A stretch of 63,731 bases of DNA, counting the filler, from Streblomastix strix (Eukaryota): assembly GCA_008636045.1 (NCBI GenBank). It is 3 parts of 3 records of this genome, joined end to end, with 100 filler letters (N's around TTAATTAATTAA, not from the genome) between each part and the next. Parts side by side here need not be neighbours in the genome. Positions count along the whole stretch, not along the records: positions 1 to 21,180 come from SNRW01000391.1; 2 more parts are not named here. One strand, 5' to 3'. The notes under the pieces are model-generated. The model did no database searches. It was not told the DNA's origin and worked only from the letters and a program-made list of their open reading frames with translations. The translations under genes and the position numbers were made by a program. This document shows, piece after piece, positions 1-13,149 of this stretch. Every line of letters starts with the position of its first letter. Position 1 is the stretch's first letter.

Positions 1-126
1 ATTCCTTCTGCTCCTTGTATTCCTTCTGCTCCTGGAATTCCTTCTGCTCCAGGCATTCCTTCTGCTCCAGGTATTCCTTCTGCTCCAGGTATTCCTTCTG
101 CTCCAGGTATTCCTTCTGCTCCTGGT
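1..126 (+). repeat. 18-nt coding tandem repeat (ATTCCTTCTGCTCCwGGn, IPSAPG) in the formin FH1 region
   Basis: About 7 near-identical units are directly visible from base 1. Confidence 0.95.
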
Positions 127-1784
127 GCTCCGGTAATGCCTGTTGGTTTACCAAAGAAAATAGCAAAGAAATCAAATGTTCCTCTTAAAGTATTTCATTG
201 GTAGAAAGTACCTGATAGAGCAATTTCAAACACAATCTGGAAGGTTTATTAATTTTCATTTCTTTGATTTTGATTCCGATAATATTTATTTATATTTATA
301 TTTCATCACACTCCAACCAGGATTTAAATGATAATAAAGCTAAATTTAATGAAACTGAAATAGAGGAATTGTTTGCTAGAAAGACTGGAGGAGGTCCTAT
401 TGGAGGAATGGGAAATGTTGGACTATAACAACAACAAAATCAATCTGTTTCTATATTAGATGGGAAACGCATTGCAAATGTTGGAATTATGCTCACATAA
501 TTTGGATAGATGGCTCCAGAAGCAATAGCACTAGCAATTCGTCAGTGTGACACATCAAAACTCACATATGAACGATTGAAATCTCTAATATCATTTTTAC
601 CAACTCCAGAGGAGCGAGAGTAACTGTTGAGCTTTGAGGGTGATGAAACAAAACTTACAAAAGCAGAGCGATTCTTCTTGCAAATTATTAATATACCCCG
701 ACTAGAACAAAGATTAAAATGTCTTTTATTCAGAGAACATTCTTTTGAGATAATTGAATATCTACTTCCATCATACCAAACGGTTATATCTGCTTGTGAA
801 TAAGTGAAAACATCATAATCATTTAAAACATTGCTTGAATAAATTCTTGCAATAGGAAATTTCTTAAATGGAACAACACCGCAGGGAGGTGCATATGGAT
901 TCAAATTGGATGTTCTTGAAAAAATTGGTGATTTCAAATCTTCAGATAATAAAACCACTCTTTTTGAATATATTGTTATGTGGGCAGATAAATAGAATCT
1001 TTTAGACAAGTTAGATCATGATTGGTCGAAAGTTGCTGAAGCTGCTCGCCAACCTCTAACCACACTTGCTCAAGATGCAGCGGAACTATCTACAGGAATA
1101 AATTAAGTTGCGACAGAGATTAAAATGAATGGAGGATTGATTTAAGATGGTCATTTTGATAATGATGTGAATGCTGAGAGTGGAATAGATGGTGGATCCG
1201 CTCCAATGACTGAATAATAAAGAAAAGAAGCCAGATCCTTTTTAGAAGTTATGAACCAGTTTTATTCTGCATTTCGGATACAACTTGCTGAACTTCTTGA
1301 ATCAAAGTAAAAATGTGATTAAGATATAAATGATGTATTTCAACTATTCCAGGAGGATCCAAAAAAATTATCCAGTGAAGATTTTTTCTCAATTTTCACA
1401 AACTTTCTCGATAAATCAAAGGTTTAGATATTATTTATATGATTATATTAACAGTTTAATCAAATTTTTTCTTTCAATTTTTAACAGAAAACTATAAAAT
1501 CCTTAAAAGAAGTTGAGGAAAAAAGAGAAAAGGATAAATTGAGAAAAGAAAAGGAAGATGAAAGGAAAATTTCTAGAACATAAACTAGTAATCTAGGAAT
1601 GTAATCAAACCAAGGACCTTTATAACCTTCATCTTTATCTTCTAAATCTTTCCGATTACCTCCTGGTGCCGTACCAGTTTAAAAAGACCTGATTAACAAC
1701 TTAAACCAACAAATAGCGAGTGGAGCACTATTTTAACGCAGGCCAAACGTAAGAATTGGTGGGATACCTGGAAATAATTAATGA
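1..1784 (+). CDS. Formin (FH1-FH2), 5'-truncated by the window edge; exons 1-243, 321-1421, 1488-1784
   Basis: With TAR=Gln: Pro-rich (IPSAPG)n FH1-like region, then FH2 motifs LKVFHWQKV...TIWK, IEELFA, ILDGKRIANVGIML, FLPTPEE, LAIGNFLNG, GGAYGFKLDVL, KTTLFEYIV, FQEDP...EDFFSIF. GT-AG introns at 244-320 and 1422-1487 preserve the frame; ends at TGA 1782-1784. Confidence 0.95.
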
Positions 1785-2049
1785 TATTCTAGCTTTATCT
1801 TGATCATGATTTAAATAGTCTATTATTATTCATTAATTGTTAGTAATTTTTGCAATTTGATAATTTAAGTTTAATGATTTTAAATTTTGAAATAATTAAA
1901 AAATAAATAAATTGAATTATATCAAAAATAGTTTATTTGATAAATTTATGCGTTCAAACATATATATATTCTTTATTTATCAAATTATGATTAAAAAAAT
2001 CCAAAATAATTAAGGAAAAAATATTATAGATCAATTTTTATCTTACTTT

Positions 2050-3020
2050 GATTCTACAACTAATGCTTCAGGATCATCTCCCATCTGTCATTCATCTTCT
2101 TCTTCTTATAATAATAATCCAAACTACGGATTACGTTCTTGTTTTAGAAAATAATGCTATTTCCTATCATCTTGTATACTAATTCTTTTCCTTTCACACT
2201 TTACCTTAAATAAAATTTAAATTTTTTTAATTACATACCATTTGTTTTATATTATAATTCTTCTGAACATAAAATTCCATTCTTGAATTTTTCATAATCA
2301 TTGGCTATTATTTCATCAGTTTATGTAGGATTTGCCCTTATCATATCTATTATTGGTTGTCATTGGCATGTATTTTGTATCAAATTTTGATACATCTCGT
2401 TAAATAAAGGACGTAAATAAATTATCGCAAAATTCTTTATTTTGTTTAGAACATAATTAGTTAAAATATTATCTGTCTCCAGCATGTTTCTTCTTGCTAA
2501 CGCATACAACAAATCTTCTATCCCCTATTTCAACTCTAACAGGTAAAATTTTATTGGTAACGAAAATAAAACTAACTACATTTTTCGCATCTCCTCTTGG
2601 TTGACTCATCTCATAAATTCGTATATTCGAATAAGTAATTAAAGTTTTTAATATCTTACTCTTCTATATCTTGCTATTTTTTCAATTATTCATTTCATTA
2701 GCTAAAATCAATATTTTACCATTAACAATTGAATTAAAATTATTAATCATTTCTTACATATCTGCGCAATTACAATAACTATATCCACTTGTTTATTCTC
2801 ATAAAATATTTGTGAATCTGTTCTTACTAAAAATTTACATACCTCTCAAAATTAATGTTGAATCCGATTTTTTGTCGGGATTTTATTAAGTTTAAACGAA
2901 CAAATTAAATAATAATGTATATATTTATTCCTTGTCTACAACAATTGTTCCTCAAATTAGTCCGAAATATTACTCAAATTGTGATTGATTAGTAATATCA
3001 GCAATATCGCACTTACAACC
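2050..3020 (-). pseudogene. Degenerate viral-type SF3 helicase (D5-like primase-helicase C-terminal domain)
   Basis: The minus strand reads QNPDKKSDSTLILRGMQIFSKNRFTNIL (decayed Walker A, cf. GxQGxGKN), FNSIVNGKILILANE (Walker B), SFIFVTN (motif C) and VEIGDRRFVV (Arg finger). It contains in-frame TGA stops and frameshifts; boundaries are approximate. Confidence 0.75.
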
Positions 3021-3149
3021 TAAAATAGTTGAAAAATAAGTGTAACAGAACTAACGATTTTATTATTTTTTTAGAAATTTTTAGAAATTTATTTTTATTA
3101 ATCAAAAGTTTGCAATTTTCACGTGTTTACAACACATCGTATATGACTT

Positions 3150-3720
3150 AATAATTTGATGAGAATCTTCTGTTTCTTTATTCAGATGGTTAAATAATCC
3201 AAAAAAATTCTAGGTCCTGGATATATAATTGAAATAGATGAGACATGTGTGAGGAGAAGAAAGTGGTAAAGGAGGAGAGGAAAAGAACAAATTTGGGTAT
3301 TTGGTGTTATATTAAAGAAAACTGCTGATAAATAAGATTGATGAAGATATGTACTTATTTCAATTGCCTCAGATCATTCTGCAGAAACATTATATTAAGC
3401 ATTTAGACAGAATATTGCAGATATAATCATAGTTTTTAGTGAGCCATGAAAGTGTTATTCATTGATTTAGCGATATTATTTCGTCAATAAATAATTGAAT
3501 CATAAAATTTAGTTTGTTAATTCCAAAGATAGAGATGTTCACACTTAGCATATTTGGAATTTTTGGGATAAACTTAGACTTTTCATTAGAGGATGTGCTC
3601 CACCTGCACATAAACTTTAATTATATCTATAAGAATTTTTATTTAGAAAAGAATATATAAAGAAATGCATACCTGATTTCTTGTTTATTTTCAAATTATT
3701 ACCCAAATTAACTAGATCAA
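3150..3720 (+). mobile_element. Merlin/IS1595 (ISXO2-like) DDE transposase relic
   Basis: LGPGYIIEIDETCVRRRKWQRRRGKEQIWVFG...DHSAETL...VFSEP*KCY...LNHKIQFVNSKDRDVHTQHIWNFW...LYLQEFLFR matches the Merlin motif order (VEIDE, WVFG, SD-W--Y, NHS--FV, HTQ-IE--W, YL-EF-WR). There is an in-frame TGA at 3447 where W is expected; TIRs were not identified. Confidence 0.85.
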
Positions 3721-4189
3721 TCATTTCAATTATCATCAATGAATTTGCAATTATCGAAAGTATGGAAATTGGTTTGGATAAAAGAGAAATGTTGGTTCGA
3801 GCTGCAAATAAAAACTTTATGTTAAAAATGAAATTTTAATAATTGTCGAAAAGTATGATTTATGACCTCAGGACGTTTAAGGGGAAGATGTGGATAAGTT
3901 TGAAATGAACCTTTTAGAATAAGTAGTTAGGGAAGTGGAAGAAGAGGAAAAATAATTTCATTAAATTCTGATTTATGAAAAGAATCAATAAAAATATGAG
4001 TGAAAAAAAATATCTTTTTTAATAAATTAATTCAAAGTTATATTATTAAAACATCATAATTTTTGCCTAAATATAAATATTAAATAAAATCTATCTTCAT
4101 ACTTCTTACAGAACACTTATTATGAAATATTTAATCAATTATTAATTACATAACAATCCCAAAAAAGTAATTATTATATATATATTGTT

Positions 4190-6050
4190 ATACTTGTTGA
4201 TTCTAAGTCAGTTGATGAATCTGTTATTAGTATTGTTGTTATTGAAACTATGATCCATCTTTTTGAAGCTTTTATACATATTGCAGTAAGAGTTTTGAAG
4301 GAATTAATTTTACAATCAGTTATAATATCAGATATCTAAATAGGTATTAAGGTGGTTACAATACTAGTTTGTTAAGTTATTTCTACAGTTATGGATTTTG
4401 TTGGTGGATTTGATATTAGTTTCTATTCCATAATTTTTATCTCTGTTTTTTAGAAATTGGATTAAATCTAAATTTTGGAGCAGAAATAGGAGCTGGAAGA
4501 GATAATTGGATTTTAGGACCTGAATAAAAGAAAATGAATAAATGAATATGAATTTCAATAAATAAATAAATTTAATTATATTTATTTAGCTATGCTTTTG
4601 CTTGAGCTTATTGTTATTGTAATAAAAGATATGGAATATTTTTAAGGTATCGTCTATATTTATTATTACTATAATTTTATTTGTTACTATTATTAAAGCA
4701 CCTATTGCAGAATATGATCAAATTACTGTTTCAATAATTATTAATCATTATATTCTTTTGAATACACAACTTCAATCTGTTAGAATTATTAGTTTAGATT
4801 TTGAATAGTTGTAATTTCGCTTGCCTATTCAATTTTGAATTATTTAATGTGGTGATCTTATATAAATAGATACATAATGGACATTTAAATAAATGAAAAT
4901 ATTTATAAAATTAATTGAAAAGTTTATAATTCATATTAAAAAAAATTATTTAGAATTATATCTATCATTTAAGTAATATTCATACCTATTTTACTTTCTT
5001 TTCATAATCCAAAGCAAAATGATTTGCTTCTTTCTTCATATATTCTGTTATCTATTAATTTTATTTGCTAATTTCTTGTATTCGGAGCTAAATTAAAAAA
5101 TTTATCAATAAAATAAATTTGAAAACGTTCAAAAAAAATTTTTATAAATATAAGGTAATTATTTTTACATTATAATAGTTGTCAACTGACTTATGGAGAA
5201 CAGCAGGTGGAAGAGGTTCTAAAATTATAATTGACAATAATATTAATTAAAATAATTAATAAATTCATGCTAATTATAATTGATTATTGATTTATATTAA
5301 TTCAAACTTTAAATAACTGCTTATTTATCTATTTGATTCTTATTTCAAAAATATTTCCAGATGCTTAACAATTATTAATTCCATCGAAATTCTGCAATAC
5401 GTCCGATTCCTACTTTAATTGCACTAATTTAATATTTAATTGTTATAAAAGTTTTTGATAATGTTGGAATTTTTTATGAATAACTTAAGATTGAGCATTA
5501 CCAGTATTTGATTGTTTACCTTAGTTTTAACAATTCATTTGTTATTGCTTTTATTATTGTTATAGAATTGCAAATGTGGAATTATCTATTTCATCTGATA
5601 ATTGAATCAGATAAAATTTGTTTGGAATTGGTGAAAGTTGAAGTTATTTAGAAGGATTTGTTGTTTTGTTTAGTTAACCTGCTTATTATTATTGAGATTA
5701 TCTAGATTATGCATTCTATTGCTATATTAATTGTTATTATTATTACTCTTTTGATGTAAAGTTTTGATTCTATTATGCGCTTTAATTGAAATTTTTTTCT
5801 AAGCAATATTTTGATTTATTTGTTATTATTAAGATTATTATAATTTCTTATCATTTTCATATTCAAATTGCGCAGATTATCAGGAGTTATTAGTATTCTG
5901 AACTGGATATAATGGAGGAGATTACGATAATGAAACTTATCATTATAACCAAGATTATTATTGTTATTTTTGTTATTTCTATTATTCCTAAACTTATTGC
6001 TGTGGTGATTTTATTTCTTTTTCTGAAACTAGGCATTTTTTGTTCATTTT
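4190..6050 (-). pseudogene. Low-complexity Gln-rich host-like gene fragments, unidentified
   Basis: Gln-rich reading (e.g. MNKKCLVSEKEIKSPQQQVQEQQKQQ...) with internal TGA codons and intron-like AT-rich spacers; no recognisable domain. Confidence 0.3.
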
Positions 6051-7589
6051 CTTCACTACTTGATATGTAATAATTAAAATATAAATATGAATATAAAAAT
6101 CATTCAAAATTATCTATTTTTTATTTTTTTTTAAAATTTATTATTTTATTATTAATCATACTTCGCAATCTTTACTTCATCTTATTTTATTCTAATTTTG
6201 TTAGTACCATCTCCAAAATCTTCACTGATTGATAGACTTGCAAATAAATTACCGGCATTTGGTTAGAAATATATAAAGCAATGATTATTAATTTTATTAA
6301 TATAATTCAAATAGTAATAATGTTAATATCTAATTTACTATTAATATGTTTAATTCATTATTATTAATATATTCATAATAACATTGACATATTCTTACTA
6401 CTTTGAAAATTTTTCATCATTTTTCAGTTCTTCTTTTTCATTTCATTAATTTAATTATATTTTAATTCTTTATTCTGATAGGAATCTGTCATATTGACTA
6501 TAGAAACGTTTATAATTAGATTATATTAATATTACATACAATGAATTAATAAGAATAAAACGTTTATATAATAAAACAAATATATTATAATAATCTATTT
6601 AATATAAATACGGTTAATTATAAATATTTGCTTACATGTGTTATCTTTTGCCAAATTAACGAACAGAAGAGACTTGATCTATCCTAATTGGAGCCATCTA
6701 TAATCAATAATAATTGAATTAAATAAATAAATTAAATAAGTAAATAAAACAAATAAATATTAATGTTTAAACGCAAAATTTATATTTAATAATTTAATAG
6801 TTCATATTTTTTACTTATTTATTTGAGAATGGTTCTCTGATATCTTCATAATTGTCTACTTGCCTTCAAAATTATAGATAATAAGCAGTAATAAAACATT
6901 TGTATAATAAAAATAACGATATTTTTTAAATATCGATATATTATAATTAGGGTTGATTAAGAAATTAATATATAGATATACTTTCCCAATAATAAATTTA
7001 TTAAGAACTTGATATTGATTTTCATTATCTTTATCCAATTCAGATTCTTCTTTTTTTCTTTTAAACTCAAATTTTCATTCTTTTTACCTTCTACATTAAA
7101 TTTTTCTTTTTCTTTCATATTCAAAATTTAAGTTTTACTATCATTTTTATCTTTGAATAATAAAAACTTTATCTCAGATGAAGAAATTAAAGAATAAATA
7201 TTTTCATTTATATTTAATTACGAGATAGATTATAATAATTTTTATTTTGATTGAAGAGTACTTTGAAGTAAATTTGCTGCATTATATTATTCTTTTGTTG
7301 GTATTAATGATGATTCTTCATTTTTGTTTTCTTTTCTTTCTATTTTGTTCTTATTCTATTTATATTTATCTTTTTTTTACAAAAATATTACAGTTATCAA
7401 TGTTTGTATTGATGTATTTATTGAATTTTGGAAATAAGGTAAACATATTCGAATTATCGCTAGGTAAACCACTAGAAGCATCTGTATTTAACACATAAGA
7501 TAATGGAGCAATAGCTAAACTTTAATTTATTTATTTAATTAATAATTAATTTGAACATACATCGATTTTTGCCCATAATTCTCCATATT

Positions 7590-8454
7590 TATCTACATTT
7601 GCTATAGTTGGATCAACATTCAATGGATGAGCATGGTTATATCTAGCATAATTATTAAAATTACCTTTATCTCCAGATTCAGTGTCTTTTAATGGCTCAT
7701 TTGATACAGTTGGATCTATGCTTAATAAATGAAAATAATCATTACTAGAGTATGTAGTTGATGTTCCAATAGCCCCAGTTCCAGTATCTCTTTTTTGTTT
7801 ATCATCTGATACTTATAGTGGAAGCATATGCTCTCCTCTAGAATACTCATTTGCAGTTCCTGCAACTCCAGTTCCACTATCTACTAATAGAGTAGCATCA
7901 CTAGCAGGAGTTACTTAATCAGGAACTATATCTCCACTATTAGATTAATTCTAATCATACATCTATTGAGTTCCACTTTTAGCAGAGAACACAAAATCAC
8001 CATTGGTAGAGTTTTATAATTATTATATATCAGTACTAAATAAATAGTATCCTCTAAAATGAGTTTATTTATTAAGTTCTTAATTAATCACATTATTTTA
8101 CTATTAAAAACCTCCTAAATCTTATGTTACAATTCCGAATGTCTATTATATTACATTAATTTCTTATTCTAATGTAGTTATTTTACCTAAGAATCTATTA
8201 TTTAAAAAAATTTTATTTTTCAATGTCATATCATCATTAGCATCTAATTTCATTTCGTAATTCTAAGCATTATCTATTAATGCATTTATTAATGAATTTT
8301 AATCATCTACAATCAATTAATATTCCCTTCCTGATAATTAATTACTGAAACTTGATGATTTTCTTGAATGATATATCAAATATTGGAAATCTGAATATAT
8401 TAATGAACGAATCACTTAGATCTATTATTAGCTCAAGGTTTTAGCAAATATCAT
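7590..8454 (-). CDS. Tail-fibre/spike-like viral protein, 3'-truncated or degenerate
   Basis: Frame open from ATG 8454: coiled-coil segment, then THFRGYYL...NGDFVFSAKSGT...SGDIVPDQVTPASDATLLVDSGTGVAGTANEYSRGEHMLPL...DTGTGAIGTSTTYSSND...GNFNNYARYNHAHPLNVDP. These are ~30-aa G-x-G-x-x-G-T...Y(S/A)R-x-D/N-H-x-H-P repeats resembling phage tail-fibre HxH repeats. Confidence 0.65.
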
Positions 8455-8509
8455 ATTCGAATAAAGAAAAATAAATATAATCATATAATTTTTTTATTTA
8501 TCATTCGTT

Positions 8510-9555
8510 ATGATTTCATATTTTGATTGCAATTTATTGAAAATTAAGAATTCAGATCAATTAAGAGTTCCATATATTAACATAAACTCATCAAAGTCAA
8601 GATTCTTAATAGAATTCTCATCATAAACTTGTTTCAAATCACTTTCACTGAGTTTAACTCCCCAACATATAACATGTGTTAATATTCAAACAGTTTAAAA
8701 TATATAACTTGAACGTTAAACAATGAAAAACACAGTATTTTTGTTATGTCCATTGTCAGATACTAGGTGACATATTGTCTTAACTAATACTTATGAGAAT
8801 CTTTAAATATCAGCATTACTTCCTATATCATCAAATATTAATAATGATTTTAATAAAGAACTATGAAATAATATATGAATTCTTAATATCTTGAAGTCAG
8901 CATCACTTTCCACTTATGATATTTCTATTTTTTTCAAATAATATATTATGAATCATAGCAAGAATTGTAAATCTCATTATCATTGTTGTAGCACTGTATT
9001 TAGTGATGATATTAATGCATTACTATCGAAATATTTACGCAATTCTTCCTGCATAATTCTTAAGGATTTTTTTATTTATTATTCTGATGCTGCTGAAGTA
9101 ATTCTAGTTGGATTCTATTTTATAGAATTATTTATTAATATTCTTTCTTTCCTTCTCTATATGAAATCAAATTTGTACGATACATTTAATTCGCTTAACT
9201 TCCAGTAAGTATAAATTTCCTTAACAAAATATTTAATTTCATCAAATTAAGGGAGGAATTAATTAGCTTTATTATATGTTATATTAGTTAAGATTATATT
9301 CTTAGAGTTCCGATTCAAAGCCATAGTCTAATCAGCACCAAAATTAGAGATGTATAAAATGAATGGATTGATTCATTATTTATAAATTACTATTAATTTA
9401 CTTAATAAAGTAGTTTTTCTTGAACTAACTACATCAACTATATAATGATTCCCATTGATTAAGAATAATGAATTCTTTGTCAATGGCTTAGATTTATTAT
9501 CATTTAACATAGAAATATCAGTAAATGTTACAGATTATATTACGGATAACGTCAT
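8510..9555 (-). pseudogene. A32-like (FtsK-HerA) genome-packaging ATPase, frameshifted
   Basis: From ATG 9555: decayed Walker A HYIVDVVSSRKTTLLSKL (~9405-9440), Walker B SLLIFDDIG (~8825-8850), then HLVSDNGHNKNTVFFIVQ (cf. the RH...hhhhQ motif) and THVICWG. Confidence 0.75.
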
Positions 9556-10799
9556 TATATTTATTATAAAACAAACATATGTTAAATATAATAATAATAA
9601 TTATCAATTCCATATTTTATGATGTAAACTTCATTGTATCTATAATATCTCTATTAATTCATAAGTAATAATCATAGATAATATCATTAATAAAAGAATT
9701 ACGGAATTATTTTGATATAATTCTAATTCGTATTAACATAATTATATATATTTCAGTTAGTTTATCGTAAGAAAAAGAAATTTAAAAATGGAAATTTAAG
9801 AAAAACCAAATATTAATTAAGTAAGTTATTTCCATTGGTCCAAATACACAAATGAATAAATAGAGGATTTCATTAGATAAACAATTGAAAAAAAGATAAA
9901 GAACTTGCAAAGATGTGAAAATATATATTATATTTAAAATTATTGAATCTTAAAATTAATGATAATTTTAATTGAAGAACTCATTGTCTCCGACAGAACG
10001 AAGCCTGAAGTGAGCATATCTTATCTATGATAAGTGCAAGCAATAAATATTCTATCTAAAACATTATTTTTTAATTAGAAATTGCGTAAGCTCATTACCA
10101 CGAAGTGATTATCTCAATTATTATGAATAACATATGATTCACATATTTTAATTGCAAAATATTCAGGTAAAGAATATTTATTTAATATATTAATTATCAT
10201 ATTGTTATAAAGATTAATAAAATAATCCACAGGAACGTCTCCAGTCAAATGTTATGAACTAAAATATACCGAAAATATTGTACGTGTTAAAGGTATGTTT
10301 CTTGGTGTTCCATTAAATTACAGTTTATATCATCGCTAATAGTAGAAAACATAGTATATTCTCCTTTGCAAGCTTTATTTGGATCAGAATGTGAGATTAA
10401 AAGTGAAATATATATACACTTCCATTTTGTGTTATTAAAGTTCACCATTCTAATTTCTCATTCATTCCGTAAGCAATCGGTCTAGTAGTAGCATTTTCAA
10501 TTGGTTAATAAATTAATTAATCTTTATCAATAATATCTCCATTAGTTAATAATATTTAATTATTAATTAAACCTTATTTAATGAATTTATTAGCTATGAT
10601 CGATCATGAAAATAATTTAGATCCTATAATAATTTCTTCAGTATTTATTATTAGTAAATGAGATAAATCAGATAATGATGATATCTTAAAAAAATTGCTA
10701 AATTAAGTAAAATATTTTATAAATTCATTATCTATTTATTAAGTTATTTATTTTTACAACTTCAATAGTGATTCAAATTCTTATTATTATTTCTTTATC

Positions 10800-11757
10800 T
10801 TCTCATATTCAGATTTCATTTATTATAGTTCATCTTCTGATGGATCCTACAAATCACTGATGATTTGGCGACGAGGCTACTCAGTCTTTAAATCTAAAAG
10901 AGGTTACTCTTCTTGCTTTAGTATTCAACAAAAATAAACAATTTCATAATGGTGTTATATTCAGAAATGCTAGCATCATTGTAAATCTTCGATTTTCAAA
11001 AATCATTTAGTCCATTATCTGATTCTAACTTGTCAGATTATCTAATAAAATCTTTCTCAACTCTTTACAGCTTCTCAATATTATTCCAAAATACATTATC
11101 AATGTTAGAAGTAGAGACATTCTTGATGTGAACATCATTTATTCTTACGATTTCTTTCTTCTTATATTTTTATGAAGAACAACTGTTATATCTCATCAGT
11201 GGTTCTTCTATTATAAGTTCAATATCATTTTCTTCTTTTTACATTAAAAATGCCTAGAGTTTAAAATAGTTATTAGAGTTAAATATGAAATCTTCACCTT
11301 TTTTATGTGAATCAACCGTTCGCCAAATCGTATCTATGATGAATTTCTATACTTATAAGTTGGCATGAGATAAATATGAATCCTTAATAACCTATTCTGA
11401 CTCAAGTTAAGCTGTTTCACGTGAAACTTCTTTATATTTATGAATGTTATATTTTTATATTCTGGGTATTTTTGTCTAAATTTCTCGCTGTTGTTAATCC
11501 TCCTCATCAATTTATATTTCCTTTGATTAAATCGGAGTTTAGATAGATGAGTTACTCAATTCATTAGAAAATACAGGTTAAAATTCGTCATTTGAAATTT
11601 TTAACTATGGAATCTAAATTGATTTCTTAAAACCATTCATAATTGCCTCTTCAATGGCATATAATCTGGCTTCATCTTATTTTGATAATTCTTTTTTAAT
11701 AATACTCGCATATTTTCATTTATGAACTCTAATCTGAATTGTTTGTGTTATTGTCAT
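10800..11757 (-). pseudogene. Orphan ORF of the viral element (MTITQTIQIRVHK...), with internal TGA
   Basis: Long intron-less frame under TAR=Gln with few TGA codons; no recognised motif. Confidence 0.4.
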
Positions 11758-11799
11758 TAAATTTTTATGTTTAAATAAAATCAGTAAGAATCTTATAAA

Positions 11800-12483
11800 A
11801 TGAATCAAGTATAAGCATTAAAGAATCTCATAGAAAATGGTACTTCAATTGAATATTTTAACAATGGATGTAATTTGTAAGGTAAAGATAAGATTAAAAT
11901 ATATGATGAAGGAAAGAAAGCAGCATGAATTCTGATTCAAGCATTATAAACGAAATTATTATTAGAAGCAAGAGGTCAAGGCAGAATCAAACCTATTCGA
12001 GAATTAAAAAGATATATTGAATATAGCAGTGATGAAGCTGAAGATGAGGCAGAAGACGAATGTAGATACTATCAAAATTATCCAATGAATATCGATGATG
12101 ACGATTGTTATAATTAATAAATTATCGAGGAGAAATCAGCGGAGCTGCTTGAAGGATAACACCTGAAACCACGATAAATACTAAAATCATCACCTATGAA
12201 AATTATTAAGAAGCAATTGATTAATTATACTTCTTCATCAGTAGATTTAGAGGAATTAATTAGATTGCTCACTGAAAACTCATTCTTTAAGTAATAATAT
12301 CAAGAATCTATTAAGAAAGTTGAGAAATATAATGCAAAAATAATAAATTATAAATAAATGAAACTCAACGATGAATAAGCAGAGTAAATATAAACTCCTC
12401 CATAAGAATAACTTGCTGAATATTAAGAGTAAAAATATTAATAATAATAAGAAATTATATTTAATGAAACAGATTTATGGTGA
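11800..12483 (+). pseudogene. Orphan acidic ORF of the viral element (MNQVQALKNLIENG...)
   Basis: ~227 codons from ATG 11800 to TGA 12481-12483, with one internal TGA near 11926. Confidence 0.45.
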
Positions 12484-13149
12484 TTACATTCTTCGTCATT
12501 GCTTATATAATGAAATCACTCATCAACATCATCTTCAGTTGAATTATTAGGATTATCATATTTTTCTTATATATATTAGTTTTTAAAATATAAATTGTTC
12601 TATATCAGAAATAAATTCATTAATTCTTTAATTTTTATAATTTTTCCATCGCATTTATCTATTATTTTATGTATTTAAATAATTTCTTCAGAATTTCGAA
12701 TTACTATTCTTTAAAATCGTTAAATTAATAATATCTAAGAATTTATAACTCTATAATTATAATCATGTAATTTTTAACTTTCATAAGCATGAGCTATATT
12801 CTTCTTATAGACTATAGCAAATCTAGTTTCATCATCATTGGCATACTTATGTTTTCGAGTCTTCTTTGGAACTTCATTTCCAGTGATTATAGTTTAGAAG
12901 CATTACAAGCGAAAATTTTCATCTATTCTTCAGGTGATGGTACTTCTAAACTAAATTACTACTTGCATTTTATAACTTTTTACGCAATTGCCATCTTTCT
13001 ATTTTTTATTCGAAAATAAAATAAAAATATTTAAAAGTTAAAATATATTTATTTAATATATTATTAGTATTTTTATCTAATTATTGATTATTCAAAGCTA
13101 ATATTTTACAATATAATATTAGTAATTATAATATTTTTATATCTGAATA

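Noticed and set aside
1..126. Regular repeat resembling a CRISPR array
   Set aside because: Contiguous coding repeats with no spacers, in a eukaryotic formin.
542..1009. 155-aa minus-strand ORF and many similar antisense ORFs in the track
   Set aside because: These are shadows of real genes on the opposite strand, arising because the track used the standard code.
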